Position numbers and translations under genes: made by a program. A stretch of DNA of 64,000 bases from Halarcobacter sp. (GTDB lineage: Bacteria > Campylobacterota > Campylobacteria > Campylobacterales > Arcobacteraceae): contig OY781089.1 of assembly GCA_963676565.1 (NCBI GenBank), positions 416,001 to 480,000 on the forward strand, read 5' to 3'. The notes under the pieces were generated by a model. The model was not told where the DNA came from. It worked only from the letters and a program-made list of their open reading frames with translations, and made no database searches. This document shows, piece by piece, positions 39,646-58,255 of this stretch (position 1 is its first letter; every line of letters starts with the position of its first letter).

Positions 39646-40122
39646 CTATTCACCTCTTGTAAAATCTCCACTTTTCCCACCTGATTTTTTCTCTAATTGA
39701 ACATCAGATATAACCATTGATTTGTCAATTGCTTTAACCATATCATAAATAGTTAAAAGTCCAATAGAAACACCAGTTAAGGCTTCCATTTCAACACCAG
39801 TTTGTCCAGTTAATTTTGCTGTAACAAAAAGTTTAAACCCAGGAAGGGTTGGTATCTCTTCTACATCACAATTTATTCCACTTAGTAAAAGTGGGTGACA
39901 CATAGGGATTAAATCACTTGTTTTTTTAGTTCCCATAATTGCAGCAATAATTGCAGTTTGTAGAACTGGTCCCTTCTTTGTATTATTTTGAACAATTGCA
40001 TCAAATGCTTCTTGACTCATACTTATTTTTCCAGAAGCAACAGCTATTCTTGTTGTATCTGATTTTGAAGAAACATCAACCATTTTTGGTCTATCATTAT
40101 TATCTAAATGTGTTAATTCCAA
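39646..40122 (-). CDS. moaC: Cyclic pyranopterin monophosphate synthase
   Basis: [36 protein letters not shown]. Confidence 0.97.
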   Translation of the reverse strand: MELTHLDNNDRPKMVDVSSKSDTTRIAVASGKISMSQEAFDAIVQNNTKKGPVLQTAIIAAIMGTKKTSDLIPMCHPLLLSGINCDVEEIPTLPGFKLFVTAKLTGQTGVEMEALTGVSIGLLTIYDMVKAIDKSMVISDVQLEKKSGGKSGDFTRGE

Positions 40123-40238
40123 ATTATTAACCTTATTGTAAAGTACCCGATTATATCTTTATAATGATTAAATAAAAATTAAGCAAAGTTTAAATATAAT
40201 TAGCGCCTAAATTTTAAAAGAAAGAAGGTGAACTTTAT

Positions 40239-40451
40239 ATGCCAGGCATTAAAGTAAAAGAAAACGAATCTTTTGACGAAGCTTATAGAAGGTTTAAGAA
40301 GCAATGTGATAGAAATCTTATTGTTACTGAAACTAGAGCTAGAAGATTTTTTGAGCCAATGACTGAAATCAGAAAAAAACAAAAAATTTCTGCTAGAAAG
40401 AAAATGCTTAAAAGATTATACATGCTTAGAAGATACGAATCAAGATTATAA
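40239..40451 (+). CDS. rpsU: 30S ribosomal protein S21
   Basis: MPGIKV...[11 protein letters not shown]...RRFFEP...YESRL. Confidence 0.97.
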   Translation: MPGIKVKENESFDEAYRRFKKQCDRNLIVTETRARRFFEPMTEIRKKQKISARKKMLKRLYMLRRYESRL

Positions 40452-40469
40452 GAATTCGTTTTCTACCCT

Positions 40470-40499
40470 AAAGGTCCGATTTTATCGGGCCTTTTTTTT
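40470..40499 (+). terminator. Intrinsic terminator after rpsU
   Basis: aaaggtccgat-ttt-atcgggccttt with a T run. Confidence 0.8.
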
Positions 40500-40519
40500 A
40501 CTCAAATTTTTATTCAATA

Positions 40520-41971
40520 CTAAATATAAATACTTAACAATAATAAAATTAAAATAGGTCCTAGAAGCCCTGCAACTAAACCAATTAATATAAAATCTTT
40601 TGAATTCAATTTTCCAGATGAAAAAGCAATGGCATTAGGTGGTGTTGAAACTGGCAGAATCATAGCACATGAAGCGCATAATGCTACACTAATCACCATA
40701 TAAGAAACGATTGAGCTTCCCATACTACTAACTAAAGCAACAACTAAAGGTAGGATGATATTTGTAGCAGCTGTATTACTCATAAAATTTGATACGAGGA
40801 TTACAATAAAAGTAAAAATTGAAGCAATTAAAAATAGATCTAAGCCTTCTATACTAAATTGAGTTCCTATCCACGCATCTAAACCTGTTTTAGTAACCCC
40901 AGCTCCTAAAGATAATCCACCAATAATAAGGATAATTACATCCCAATTAATCTCTTTTATATCATCTGTATTGATTATTCCAAAAACTGTAAAAACAACA
41001 ATTGGGAATAAAGATACAACAGGTGTTGGAATATGGTGTAATGGTCCAGTAAGCCATAATGATACAGTAATAATAAATACAAATATAACTAAACTTTTTT
41101 TCCAACTTGGAATTGTTGGAATTTTTGTAAAAGTACTTGTTGAATCATCAAAATGAGAAACTTTTTTCACTTTGTTTATATCAATAATATCTTCATTTGA
41201 TTTATATTTTTTTATTATTAACCACCGAAATATAATAGTAAGTAAAATTGCTGGAGGTAAAGCAATTATCATCCACTCAACAAAGCTTGGTGCATTATCT
41301 CCTAGTATTCCAACTGCAATTGCATTTGGAGGAGTCCCAATAATCGTACCCATACCACCAATATTAGCTGCAACTACAATACCAAGTAATATTCCTTTTT
41401 GGAAAGGATTGTCTTTATTCATATTTTTAAGCATTGGAATAAGAAGAGTCATCATCATAGCAGTAGTTGCAGTATTTGATATAAACATTGATAATACAAA
41501 GGTTATTAACATCAATCCTGTTAATATATTGTGTGGTTTATTTCCAAAATAAAATAATACTCTTTTTGCTAACCACAAATCTAATTTTGTTTTAGATGCA
41601 GCAATTGCCATAATAAAACCAGCCATAAACAAAAATATTAAAGGATTTGACCACGCTTTTAGATAATAAACCCATTCTTTATTAGAAGAATCAAAATCAA
41701 AGTTGTGGTAACCTAATAGAAGTATTTCAAGGGCTATTATTAAAAAAGAAACTGCAAAGGCTGGGATTGCTTCAGTCATCCATAAAAAAGCCGATATAAG
41801 CAATATAAATAGCATTAATGACGCGTCATGTGATAAAAAAGAGTATTCTGGAATAAATGATAATAAATATGCACCAAAAAAAGAAAATATAAATTTAAAG
41901 ACAGAATGTTTAACACTATTTTTAAGTTTACTTTTTAAATCATTAATTATTAGTTTTGACTGTTTTTTCAT
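40520..41971 (-). CDS. DASS/SLC13 family sodium-coupled anion symporter
   Basis: WMTEAIP, SMFISNTAT, GTIIGTPPNAI, SNFMSNTA, LPVSTPPNAI. Confidence 0.92.
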   Translation of the reverse strand: MKKQSKLIINDLKSKLKNSVKHSVFKFIFSFFGAYLLSFIPEYSFLSHDASLMLFILLISAFLWMTEAIPAFAVSFLIIALEILLLGYHNFDFDSSNKEWVYYLKAWSNPLIFLFMAGFIMAIAASKTKLDLWLAKRVLFYFGNKPHNILTGLMLITFVLSMFISNTATTAMMMTLLIPMLKNMNKDNPFQKGILLGIVVAANIGGMGTIIGTPPNAIAVGILGDNAPSFVEWMIIALPPAILLTIIFRWLIIKKYKSNEDIIDINKVKKVSHFDDSTSTFTKIPTIPSWKKSLVIFVFIITVSLWLTGPLHHIPTPVVSLFPIVVFTVFGIINTDDIKEINWDVIILIIGGLSLGAGVTKTGLDAWIGTQFSIEGLDLFLIASIFTFIVILVSNFMSNTAATNIILPLVVALVSSMGSSIVSYMVISVALCASCAMILPVSTPPNAIAFSSGKLNSKDFILIGLVAGLLGPILILLLLSIYI

Positions 41972-42018
41972 ACATAATCTTGTAATTTTTATTTTGAGTA
42001 TAATATTATAAAAAGGCT

Positions 42019-42071
42019 AAAAAAAAAGCTTCACCCAGATCAACTAAAAAAAGTTAACTAGAATGAAGCTT
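42019..42071 (-). terminator. rRNA operon terminator (copy 1; copy 2 at about 48216-48268)
   Basis: aagcttca...tgaagctt stem followed on the minus strand by a T tract. Confidence 0.6.
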
Positions 42072-42128
42072 CAGAATTTGTCCCTGAAAAAGATGATAAT
42101 CTTTTTTAGTACAAATATATACTCAAGA

Positions 42129-42244
42129 GCTGGCAGCGGCCTACGTTTCCACAAGGGGACCCTGCAGTATTATCAGCGCAGAAGTGCTTGACTTCCAGGT
42201 TCGGAATGGAGCTGGGTATTTCCACTTCGCTAAAACCACCAGCA
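42129..42244 (-). rRNA. rrf: 5S rRNA (copy 1)
   Basis: Reverse complement contains CCATTCCGAACC and GTAGGCCGCTGCCAG; terminal stem; ends approximate. Confidence 0.95.
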
Positions 42245-42430
42245 ATATGAGTAAAGAAAGTAATTAGTAATTGGTTACTAGTAATTAGTAACGTTACTCT
42301 CTTTACTCACATTAGGTTCTATGAGTTTTAAAAGTTAAATGTTAAAAGTCTTTGCGTTATTGCTAACGTCTTACACAATTTGTATTAAATGCTATACATT
42401 TAATAAGATAGTAAACCAAGAAATATATAA

Positions 42431-45305
<2,875 letters not shown>

Positions 45306-45682
45306 TAATAAAAGTATCTCTACTTCTACCTTATTTGAGAAATTAACTAATTAAAGTTAATTGCTTTTTTGAATAATTATTCCTTGGCTACTATCTTATT
45401 AAACATATTGCTATATTAAATAAAACAGTTGTGTCTATCATTAATTAGATATTTAATTAAAAATATCTGATTTAGATATGAAATTTTTTATTTTTTAAAT
45501 CATCTTCATACGAAAGATTAATTTAAACGAAAAAAATTAAAGACTTTAACATTAAATTTTTAAATAACATAATCATTTTTCAATGATTGTTTAGATCATA
45601 AGATCTAATATAAATTCAAATTCATTTGAACTTATATTAAATCTATTTATTTGATTTTTACTTTTATAGTTTATTTAATAGA

Positions 45683-45758
45683 TGGTGGAGATAAGCGGGA
45701 TCGAACCGCTGACCTCCTGCGTGCAAGGCAGGCGCTCTCCCAGCTGAGCTATATCCCC
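45683..45758 (-). tRNA. tRNA-Ala(TGC)
   Basis: GGGGATATAGCTCAG...TTGCAC...GTTCGATCC...CCA; G3:U70 pair. Confidence 0.97.
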
Positions 45759-45792
45759 ACATATAATCTTATTATCAAAGATTATTTAATAA

Positions 45793-45869
45793 TGGTGGGC
45801 CTACCAGGACTTGAACCTGGGACCTCACGATTATCAGTCGAGCGCTCTAGCCAGCTGAGCTATAGGCCC
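45793..45869 (-). tRNA. tRNA-Ile(GAT)
   Basis: GGGCCTATAGCTCAG...CTGATAA...GTTCAAGT...CCA. Confidence 0.97.
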
Positions 45870-46037
45870 ATTTGTCACCTATTTTTTAAATAATCTTTAT
45901 AAACCGAACACAATAAACTATCTATTTTTTTTCTCATCTTATTTGCTACATTTGTACGCTTAAAAAATCTACGATTTTCCAAGGTAACTGTCGTGTTGTA
46001 GCTTCTGAGCTAAGAAACGAATCTTAGCTCTTTCTCT

Positions 46038-47554
<1,517 letters not shown>

Positions 47555-47827
47555 ATAAAAAGTTTAATCTTGACTTTATTTTAGTAACTCTAAAGTTACA
47601 AAATAAATCTCAATTTGTAAAGCTAAGCTTTATGTTAAATAGACAAGGATATGTTATTACCATATTCTTGTTTCGTGTTTATTTCTCTACATCTTCATGT
47701 AGTAAATAGTTTTATCATATTCGGTTTATAAAGATTATTATCTTAACAAACCTTTTATTGTTAAAGAACGTTTGAATCGATACTCTCAACCTTGTTTCGT
47801 TAAGTGTGTCACTCAAATTGGACGGGA

Positions 47828-47856
47828 ATTATAATAGAATTTTTACCCCTTGTCAA
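47828..47856 (-). promoter_or_regulatory. rRNA operon sigma-70 promoter (copy 1)
   Basis: TTGACA-17 bp-TATAAT perfect consensus; boxA-like CGTTCTTTAACAA in the leader (about 47758-47770). Confidence 0.9.
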
Positions 47857-48325
47857 GGGTTTTTTATTAATATTCGCTTAAATTTTGAAAGTTTTTAAAG
47901 TATTACTTTATGAAGCATCTTTTCTATAACTTTTTATATTTTCCATATTTAAAATATACCCTTTTTTATACGTAAATAGCTTGTTTAGAGGAATTAAGTA
48001 TAAGACATCTAATAGGAGAGGAGTTGTTAAGTTCAGCGTTAAGATCAAATAGATGGACAGTAATGAGTATATAGAATTAATTTTAATGGATATGAGATAC
48101 ATTAATAACCTTGTTGATGAGAAGAAGGTAGCAAATAGTAAAAACTAATTACGAGAATATAAAAAAGATAAGAAGTAAAAATAAAAAAGATAAAGATTAT
48201 GAGGGGGAAAAGGCTAAAAAAAAAGCTTCACCCAGATCAACTAAAAAAAGTTAACTAGAATGAAGCTTCAGAATTTGTCCCTGAAAAAGATGATAATCTT
48301 TTTTAGTACAAATATATACTCAAGA

Positions 48326-48441
48326 GCTGGCAGCGGCCTACGTTTCCACAAGGGGACCCTGCAGTATTATCAGCGCAGAAGTGCTTGACTTCCAGGTTCG
48401 GAATGGAGCTGGGTATTTCCACTTCGCTAAAACCACCAGCA
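48326..48441 (-). rRNA. rrf: 5S rRNA (copy 2)
   Basis: Same as copy 1 at +6197. Confidence 0.95.
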
Positions 48442-48627
48442 ATATGAGTAAAGAAAGTAATTAGTAATTGGTTACTAGTAATTAGTAACGTTACTCTCTT
48501 TACTCACATTAGGTTCTATGAGTTTTAAAAGTTAAATGTTAAAAGTCTTTGCGTTATTGCTAACGTCTTACACAATTTGTATTAAATGCTATACATTTAA
48601 TAAGATAGTAAACCAAGAAATATATAA

Positions 48628-51502
<2,875 letters not shown>

Positions 51503-51879
51503 TAATAAAAGTATCTCTACTTCTACCTTATTTGAGAAATTAACTAATTAAAGTTAATTGCTTTTTTGAATAATTATTCCTTGGCTACTATCTTATTAAA
51601 CATATTGCTATATTAAATAAAACAGTTGTGTCTATCATTAATTAGATATTTAATTAAAAATATCTGATTTAGATATGAAATTTTTTATTTTTTAAATCAT
51701 CTTCATACGAAAGATTAATTTAAACGAAAAAAATTAAAGACTTTAACATTAAATTTTTAAATAACATAATCATTTTTCAATGATTGTTTAGATCATAAGA
51801 TCTAATATAAATTCAAATTCATTTGAACTTATATTAAATCTATTTATTTGATTTTTACTTTTATAGTTTATTTAATAGA

Positions 51880-51955
51880 TGGTGGAGATAAGCGGGATCG
51901 AACCGCTGACCTCCTGCGTGCAAGGCAGGCGCTCTCCCAGCTGAGCTATATCCCC
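51880..51955 (-). tRNA. tRNA-Ala(TGC)
   Basis: Same as copy 1 at +6197. Confidence 0.97.
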
Positions 51956-51989
51956 ACATATAATCTTATTATCAAAGATTATTTAATAA

Positions 51990-52066
51990 TGGTGGGCCTA
52001 CCAGGACTTGAACCTGGGACCTCACGATTATCAGTCGAGCGCTCTAGCCAGCTGAGCTATAGGCCC
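51990..52066 (-). tRNA. tRNA-Ile(GAT)
   Basis: Same as copy 1 at +6197. Confidence 0.97.
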
Positions 52067-52234
52067 ATTTGTCACCTATTTTTTAAATAATCTTTATAAA
52101 CCGAACACAATAAACTATCTATTTTTTTTCTCATCTTATTTGCTACATTTGTACGCTTAAAAAATCTACGATTTTCCAAGGTAACTGTCGTGTTGTAGCT
52201 TCTGAGCTAAGAAACGAATCTTAGCTCTTTCTCT

Positions 52235-53751
<1,517 letters not shown>

Positions 53752-54024
53752 ATAAAAAGTTTAATCTTGACTTTATTTTAGTAACTCTAAAGTTACAAAA
53801 TAAATCTCAATTTGTAAAGCTAAGCTTTATGTTAAATAGACAAGGATATGTTATTACCATATTCTTGTTTCGTGTTTATTTCTCTACATCTTCATGTAGT
53901 AAATAGTTTTATCATATTCGGTTTATAAAGATTATTATCTTAACAAACCTTTTATTGTTAAAGAACGTTTGAATCGATACTCTCAACCTTGTTTCGTTAA
54001 GTGTGTCACTCAAATTGGACGGGA

Positions 54025-54053
54025 ATTATAATAGAATTTTTACCCCTTGTCAA
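54025..54053 (-). promoter_or_regulatory. rRNA operon sigma-70 promoter (copy 2)
   Basis: TTGACA-17 bp-TATAAT. Confidence 0.9.
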
Positions 54054-54235
54054 GGGTTTTTTATTAATATTCGCTTAAATTTTGAAAGTTTTTAATTTGC
54101 CCTATTTTTAGCTATTTCTAATTTTTAACAATATTAATATATATAACTATATTTATAAAATGAATATAACTTCATTTGTTAAAGGATTTATTAAGACTAA
54201 CATATTAAAATGTCAAAAAATTAGAAAGGAATACA

Positions 54236-54931
54236 ATGTATAACAGAGATTATCTTACACAAGACACATCTCAATACAGCTCTAATGTAGATTCATCAAG
54301 AGCACAGTTAATGAGCTTTTTAAAAGCAACTTATCAGCTATTTGCTGGTTCTTTACTTGCTGCAACAGCAGGTGCTTATATCGGATTAGATATGGTGTCT
54401 ACAATCGCAAGCTGGTATTGGGGGTTAGTAATACTTGAATTTATTCTTTTATTTGCACTTTTTGCAGTAAAAAATAAACCAGGTATAAATTTAGCGGTAT
54501 TATTTGGATTTACTTTTATGAGTGGTTTAACAATTACACCATTATTAAGTAATATTCTTATGATGCCTTCAGGTGCTTCAATTGTAGCTCAAGCATTTTT
54601 AATGACTTCTGTTGCATTTGGTGGTATTTCAATGTTTGCAATGACAACAAAAAAAGATTTCTCAAGTATGGGGAAAATGCTATTTATTGCATTAATTATC
54701 TTAATTGTTGGTTCTATTTCAAACATTTTCTTTCAATCTCCACTTTTACAGTTAGGTATTGCGGGAGTTGGTGCATTATTATTCTCTGCATTTATTCTTT
54801 ATGATACACAACAAATTATTAGAGGTGGATTTGAAACACCAATTGAAGCGGCTATTGCTTTATATTTAGATTTCTTTAATCTATTTGTATCTTTATTACA
54901 AATTTTCGGAATCTTAAATAGCGACGAATAA
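54236..54931 (+). CDS. Bax inhibitor-1/YccA family membrane protein
   Basis: 7 TM helices; FILYDTQQII, AAIALYLDFFNLF. Confidence 0.94.
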   Translation: MYNRDYLTQDTSQYSSNVDSSRAQLMSFLKATYQLFAGSLLAATAGAYIGLDMVSTIASWYWGLVILEFILLFALFAVKNKPGINLAVLFGFTFMSGLTITPLLSNILMMPSGASIVAQAFLMTSVAFGGISMFAMTTKKDFSSMGKMLFIALIILIVGSISNIFFQSPLLQLGIAGVGALLFSAFILYDTQQIIRGGFETPIEAAIALYLDFFNLFVSLLQIFGILNSDE

Positions 54932-54939
54932 CAAATATA

Positions 54940-54968
54940 AATAGCTTCGATTTTCGAAGCTATTTTAT
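54940..54968 (+). terminator. Intrinsic terminator after the yccA-like gene
   Basis: aatagcttcga-ttt-tcgaagctatt followed by T-rich sequence. Confidence 0.7.
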
Positions 54969-54983
54969 TCTACAATACTTTCT

Positions 54984-55391
54984 ATGGAAGAAAAAAACAA
55001 TCTAAGACTTATTGATGCTAATTTAAATCGCCTTCGTGAAGGTATACGTGTTGTTGAGGATATCTTTAGATATATCTATAATAACAAAGAAACAGCCCTT
55101 AAACTAAAAGAGTTAAGACACAAAGCAAGAACCTCAAACTATAATGAACTTTTAGAAACAAGAGATGTACAAAATGATGTTTTAAGAGCTTCAATAAAAA
55201 GTGAACAAAATCGTGATGATTTAACTTCCATATTAATTGCTAATTTCAAAAGAGCCCAAGAGAGTGCAAGGGTACTTGAAGAATTTTGTAAACTAATTTC
55301 AATAAAAGATAGTGAAAATTTTAAATATATAAGATATGAACTTTATATTTTAGAAACAGTTTTAACAAATATAACTTCAAACTCTAAATAA
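54984..55391 (+). CDS. Stand-alone ThiD2-family protein (N-terminal domain of cyanobacterial-type ThiE; HMP-phosphate kinase)
   Basis: RLIDANLNRLREGIRVVED, RDVQNDV, ANFKRAQESARVLEE, RYELY. Confidence 0.85.
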   Translation: MEEKNNLRLIDANLNRLREGIRVVEDIFRYIYNNKETALKLKELRHKARTSNYNELLETRDVQNDVLRASIKSEQNRDDLTSILIANFKRAQESARVLEEFCKLISIKDSENFKYIRYELYILETVLTNITSNSK

Positions 55392-56047
55392 TTTAAAGCA
55401 TATTCTTTATAAAGTTTTTTGGCCATTTTAAAATCTAAATTTGAAGAGCCACCACTAACACCTGACTTTTTAATATAATCAAATAGATCTTTTTTATTAT
55501 CAAACTCAATATTATAGTTATGCACTTCAAACTCACAATCAAAACTATTTAAAAATGCTTCTTTTATTTTCTCAACTGATAAAATTGGAGAAGCTGTTTT
55601 TGTAATCTCTTGAATTGTTTTAAAAGTATTAGAAGTAAATAATACAGCATTTATTTCATTTGAGGAAAGGCTAAGTTTTTTTACAAGCTTTTTTAAATCT
55701 TTTGACCATTGCATTGCAGAAGAGGATAAAATTATATCAAATTCTTTATCTTTCAAAAAAGTTTCAAATTCACTTGAATCAAAATCAAAACAATTTATTT
55801 CTATATTTTCACCCCTTGGATGAAGTTCACACATAGAAGGTGAAAAATCAATAGCATCATATTTTTCAATTTCCCAATTGATATATTTATAGACTTGTCC
55901 TGAACCACAACCAATTTCTAAGATTTTTTTTGGTTTTGATTTTATATCACGAACTAGGGCTTTTGCAGCTATTTGTTGGATTATATTGAAATTATTATAC
56001 TCTTTTGCGTATTTAGAAAACTCGTTTTTTACAGACATAAAGAGCAT
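55343..56047 (-). CDS. bioC: SAM-dependent methyltransferase, malonyl-ACP O-methyltransferase BioC-like
   Basis: FSKYAKEYN...IQ, LEIGCGSG, SSSAMQW, IKKSGV. Confidence 0.78.
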   Translation of the reverse strand: MLFMSVKNEFSKYAKEYNNFNIIQQIAAKALVRDIKSKPKKILEIGCGSGQVYKYINWEIEKYDAIDFSPSMCELHPRGENIEINCFDFDSSEFETFLKDKEFDIILSSSAMQWSKDLKKLVKKLSLSSNEINAVLFTSNTFKTIQEITKTASPILSVEKIKEAFLNSFDCEFEVHNYNIEFDNKKDLFDYIKKSGVSGGSSNLDFKMAKKLYKEYALNYLEFEVIFVKTVSKI

Positions 56048-56109
56048 TTTAACCTTTTTTTAATAAAATTTTAGTAAAATACAATCCATTTTTTTAAAGG
56101 AAACTTAAT

Positions 56110-56466
56110 ATGACATCAACACTATTGATAATTCAGTTCATTTTAGCAGTTGCAATTACTATTTCAATCTTATTACAAAAGAGTTCAAGTATTGGACTTG
56201 GAGCATATAGCGGAAGTAATGATTCATTATTTGGAGCAAAAGGGCCAGCAAACTTTTTAAGTAAAGCAACAATGTTTTTAGGACTTTTATTTGTTATTAA
56301 TACAGTAACTTTAGGTTACTTATATAATCAAGAAAAACTTGAAAGTGCCGTTGATAGTGTTAAAACTGATACTTTAATTCCTACTACTCCAGTACAACAA
56401 ACTGCTCCTGCAGCACCAGTTGCACCTGCTGCGCCAGTAGTACCAGCACAACCAAAAAACAACTAA
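56110..56466 (+). CDS. secG: Preprotein translocase subunit SecG
   Basis: LLQKSSSIGLGAYSGSNDSLFGAKGPANFL; Pro/Ala-rich tail. Confidence 0.95.
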   Translation: MTSTLLIIQFILAVAITISILLQKSSSIGLGAYSGSNDSLFGAKGPANFLSKATMFLGLLFVINTVTLGYLYNQEKLESAVDSVKTDTLIPTTPVQQTAPAAPVAPAAPVVPAQPKNN

Positions 56467-56481
56467 TAGACTATATAAAAT

Positions 56482-56506
56482 ATGATATGCCAATAAGGCA
56501 TATCAT
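56482..56506. terminator. Hairpin after secG
   Basis: atgatatgcc-aataa-ggcatatcat. Confidence 0.55.
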
Positions 56507-56610
56507 CATAAAAACTCCTAAAATTCTTTATATAAAACTTATCATATGTTTAAAATGGTATAATCTTGTTCGATTTTTAAAAGCAATACAAAAAACAAAG
56601 GAGAGTATAA

Positions 56611-57168
56611 ATGTTAAATGAAATATATTCAGAAACAAAAGATCATATGGAAAAATCTCTTGAAGCATTAAAAAGAGATTATAAAACACTTAGAACAGGA
56701 AAAGTAAATGTTACTGTACTAGATAGTGTTAAAATTGATTATTATGGAACACCAACTCCATTAAACCAAGTAGGTTCAGTTACAGCAACTGATGCAACAA
56801 CAATTGTTGTTAATCCTTGGGAAAAAAACCTTTTAACTGATGTTGAGCATGCAATCAATGCAGCTAATATTGGGGTTAATCCAAATAATGATGGTGATGT
56901 AATAAAACTATTCTTCCCACCAATGACAGTTGAACAAAGAAAAGAGAGTGCTAAACAAGCTAAGGGTATGACTGATAATGCAAAAGTAGCAATCAGAAAT
57001 GTTAGAAAACATGCAAATGATCAAGTTAAAAATCTTCACAAAGATAAAGAGATTACTGATGATGAAAATAAAAAAGCTTTAGATGAAATTCAAAAAATAA
57101 CTGATTCTTACGTTGCAAAAGCTGATGCAATTTTAAAAGATAAAGAACAAGAAATTTTAACGGTTTAA
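56611..57168 (+). CDS. frr: Ribosome recycling factor
   Basis: LRTGK, DYYG, PWEK, NPNNDG, VAIRNVR, IQKITD. Confidence 0.97.
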   Translation: MLNEIYSETKDHMEKSLEALKRDYKTLRTGKVNVTVLDSVKIDYYGTPTPLNQVGSVTATDATTIVVNPWEKNLLTDVEHAINAANIGVNPNNDGDVIKLFFPPMTVEQRKESAKQAKGMTDNAKVAIRNVRKHANDQVKNLHKDKEITDDENKKALDEIQKITDSYVAKADAILKDKEQEILTV

Positions 57169-57170
57169 TT

Positions 57171-57770
57171 ATGAACGTAGAACAAATTTACAAAGATGCG
57201 CAAGCTTTATTAGAGGGTCACTTTAAACTAAGTTCAGGGAATTATTCTAAATTCTATTTACAATCAGCAAAGGTTTTAGAAGACCCAAAAACTGCAAAAC
57301 TTTTAGCAGAAGCTTTAGCAGAACAAATCAAAGAATCTGGAATAAAAGTAGATGCAATATGTTCTCCAGCACTTGGTGGTCTTATTGCAGGATTTGCACT
57401 TGCAACAGCACTTGATGTAAGATTTATTTTTGCAGAAAGAGTTGATGGTGAAATGACAATCAGAAGAGGCTTTGAAGTTAAAGAAAATGAAAACTACATA
57501 ATTTGTGAAGATATCATTACAACTGGTGGTTCAGCATTAGAAGCTGCAAAGCAAGTTGAAAATGCTGGTGGAAATATTGTTGCTTATGCAGCTTTAGCAA
57601 ATAGAGGATTTTGTTCTAGAGTAGGAAGTGATTTACAAGCACAAGATAATTGTAAACTTCCTTTAGATAAACCACTTTTTGCCCTAGAAGATTTTACATT
57701 TAAAATGTATTCTCCTGAGGAATGTGATTTTAAAGATATTGCTTATAAACCTGGTAGTAGAGGAAATTAA
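57171..57770 (+). CDS. pyrE: Orotate phosphoribosyltransferase
   Basis: [12 protein letters not shown] motif [14 protein letters not shown]. Confidence 0.96.
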   Translation: MNVEQIYKDAQALLEGHFKLSSGNYSKFYLQSAKVLEDPKTAKLLAEALAEQIKESGIKVDAICSPALGGLIAGFALATALDVRFIFAERVDGEMTIRRGFEVKENENYIICEDIITTGGSALEAAKQVENAGGNIVAYAALANRGFCSRVGSDLQAQDNCKLPLDKPLFALEDFTFKMYSPEECDFKDIAYKPGSRGN

Positions 57771-57778
57771 GTTTTACT

Positions 57779-58255
57779 ATGAGTAGATGGAGAGATGTTA
57801 AACAAGGAAATACAAAAGAGGAATCTACACAAGTAGAGGATACTGATTGTTTAACATCAGCTCCAATTGGAAATAGAATTAAAGCATTTATTGTTGACAT
57901 GTTTATGATAATGATGCCAATAATGTATGTAACTACTTATTTAATTATGAATGGGAAAGATGATTTTCAAGGTAGTGAAGAAGCTAGATGGCTAACAGCA
58001 CTTACCTATGGACTTATTGTTGTTCTATTTTGGATAATAAAAGGTCAAACGCCAGGATATAAAGCCTACTCTGTTACCCTTGTAGATAATGAAACAAAAA
58101 ATAAAATCTCTTTACCAAAAGCAATTCTAAGGTATTTGATATTTATATTCTCAGCAACAACTGTACTACTTGCATTTTTACCTTTTTTTAGGAAAGACAA
58201 AAAAACCATACAAGACTTATTAACAAAAACCACTGTTATCTCAGAAAAAAAATAA
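57779..58255 (+). CDS. RDD family membrane protein
   Basis: RIKAFIVD, GQTPG, LR, QDLLTKT. Confidence 0.9.
   Translation: MSRWRDVKQGNTKEESTQVEDTDCLTSAPIGNRIKAFIVDMFMIMMPIMYVTTYLIMNGKDDFQGSEEARWLTALTYGLIVVLFWIIKGQTPGYKAYSVTLVDNETKNKISLPKAILRYLIFIFSATTVLLAFLPFFRKDKKTIQDLLTKTTVISEKK

Noticed and set aside
996..41552. Many short antisense or alternate-frame ORFs overlapping housekeeping genes (e.g. 996-1193, 3771-4073, 6813-7157, 8272-9297, 13372-13860, 28290-30086, 41172-41552)
   Set aside because: They lie within well-supported genes, lack recognisable motifs, and have typical antisense-frame composition.
40520..41971. DASS transporter as a Sox-linked thiosulfate/sulfate carrier
   Set aside because: Separated from sox by unrelated genes and on the opposite strand; substrate cannot be inferred from the motifs.
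47899..48207. Small ORFs in the inter-operon spacer (47908-48102 minus; 48053-48148 plus)
   Set aside because: No convincing RBS or domain; the spacer is strand-biased low-complexity DNA. Not excluded, but unsupported.
56380..56455. Repetitive Pro/Ala-coding DNA at the end of secG
   Set aside because: Ordinary low-complexity linker tail, not a repeat array.
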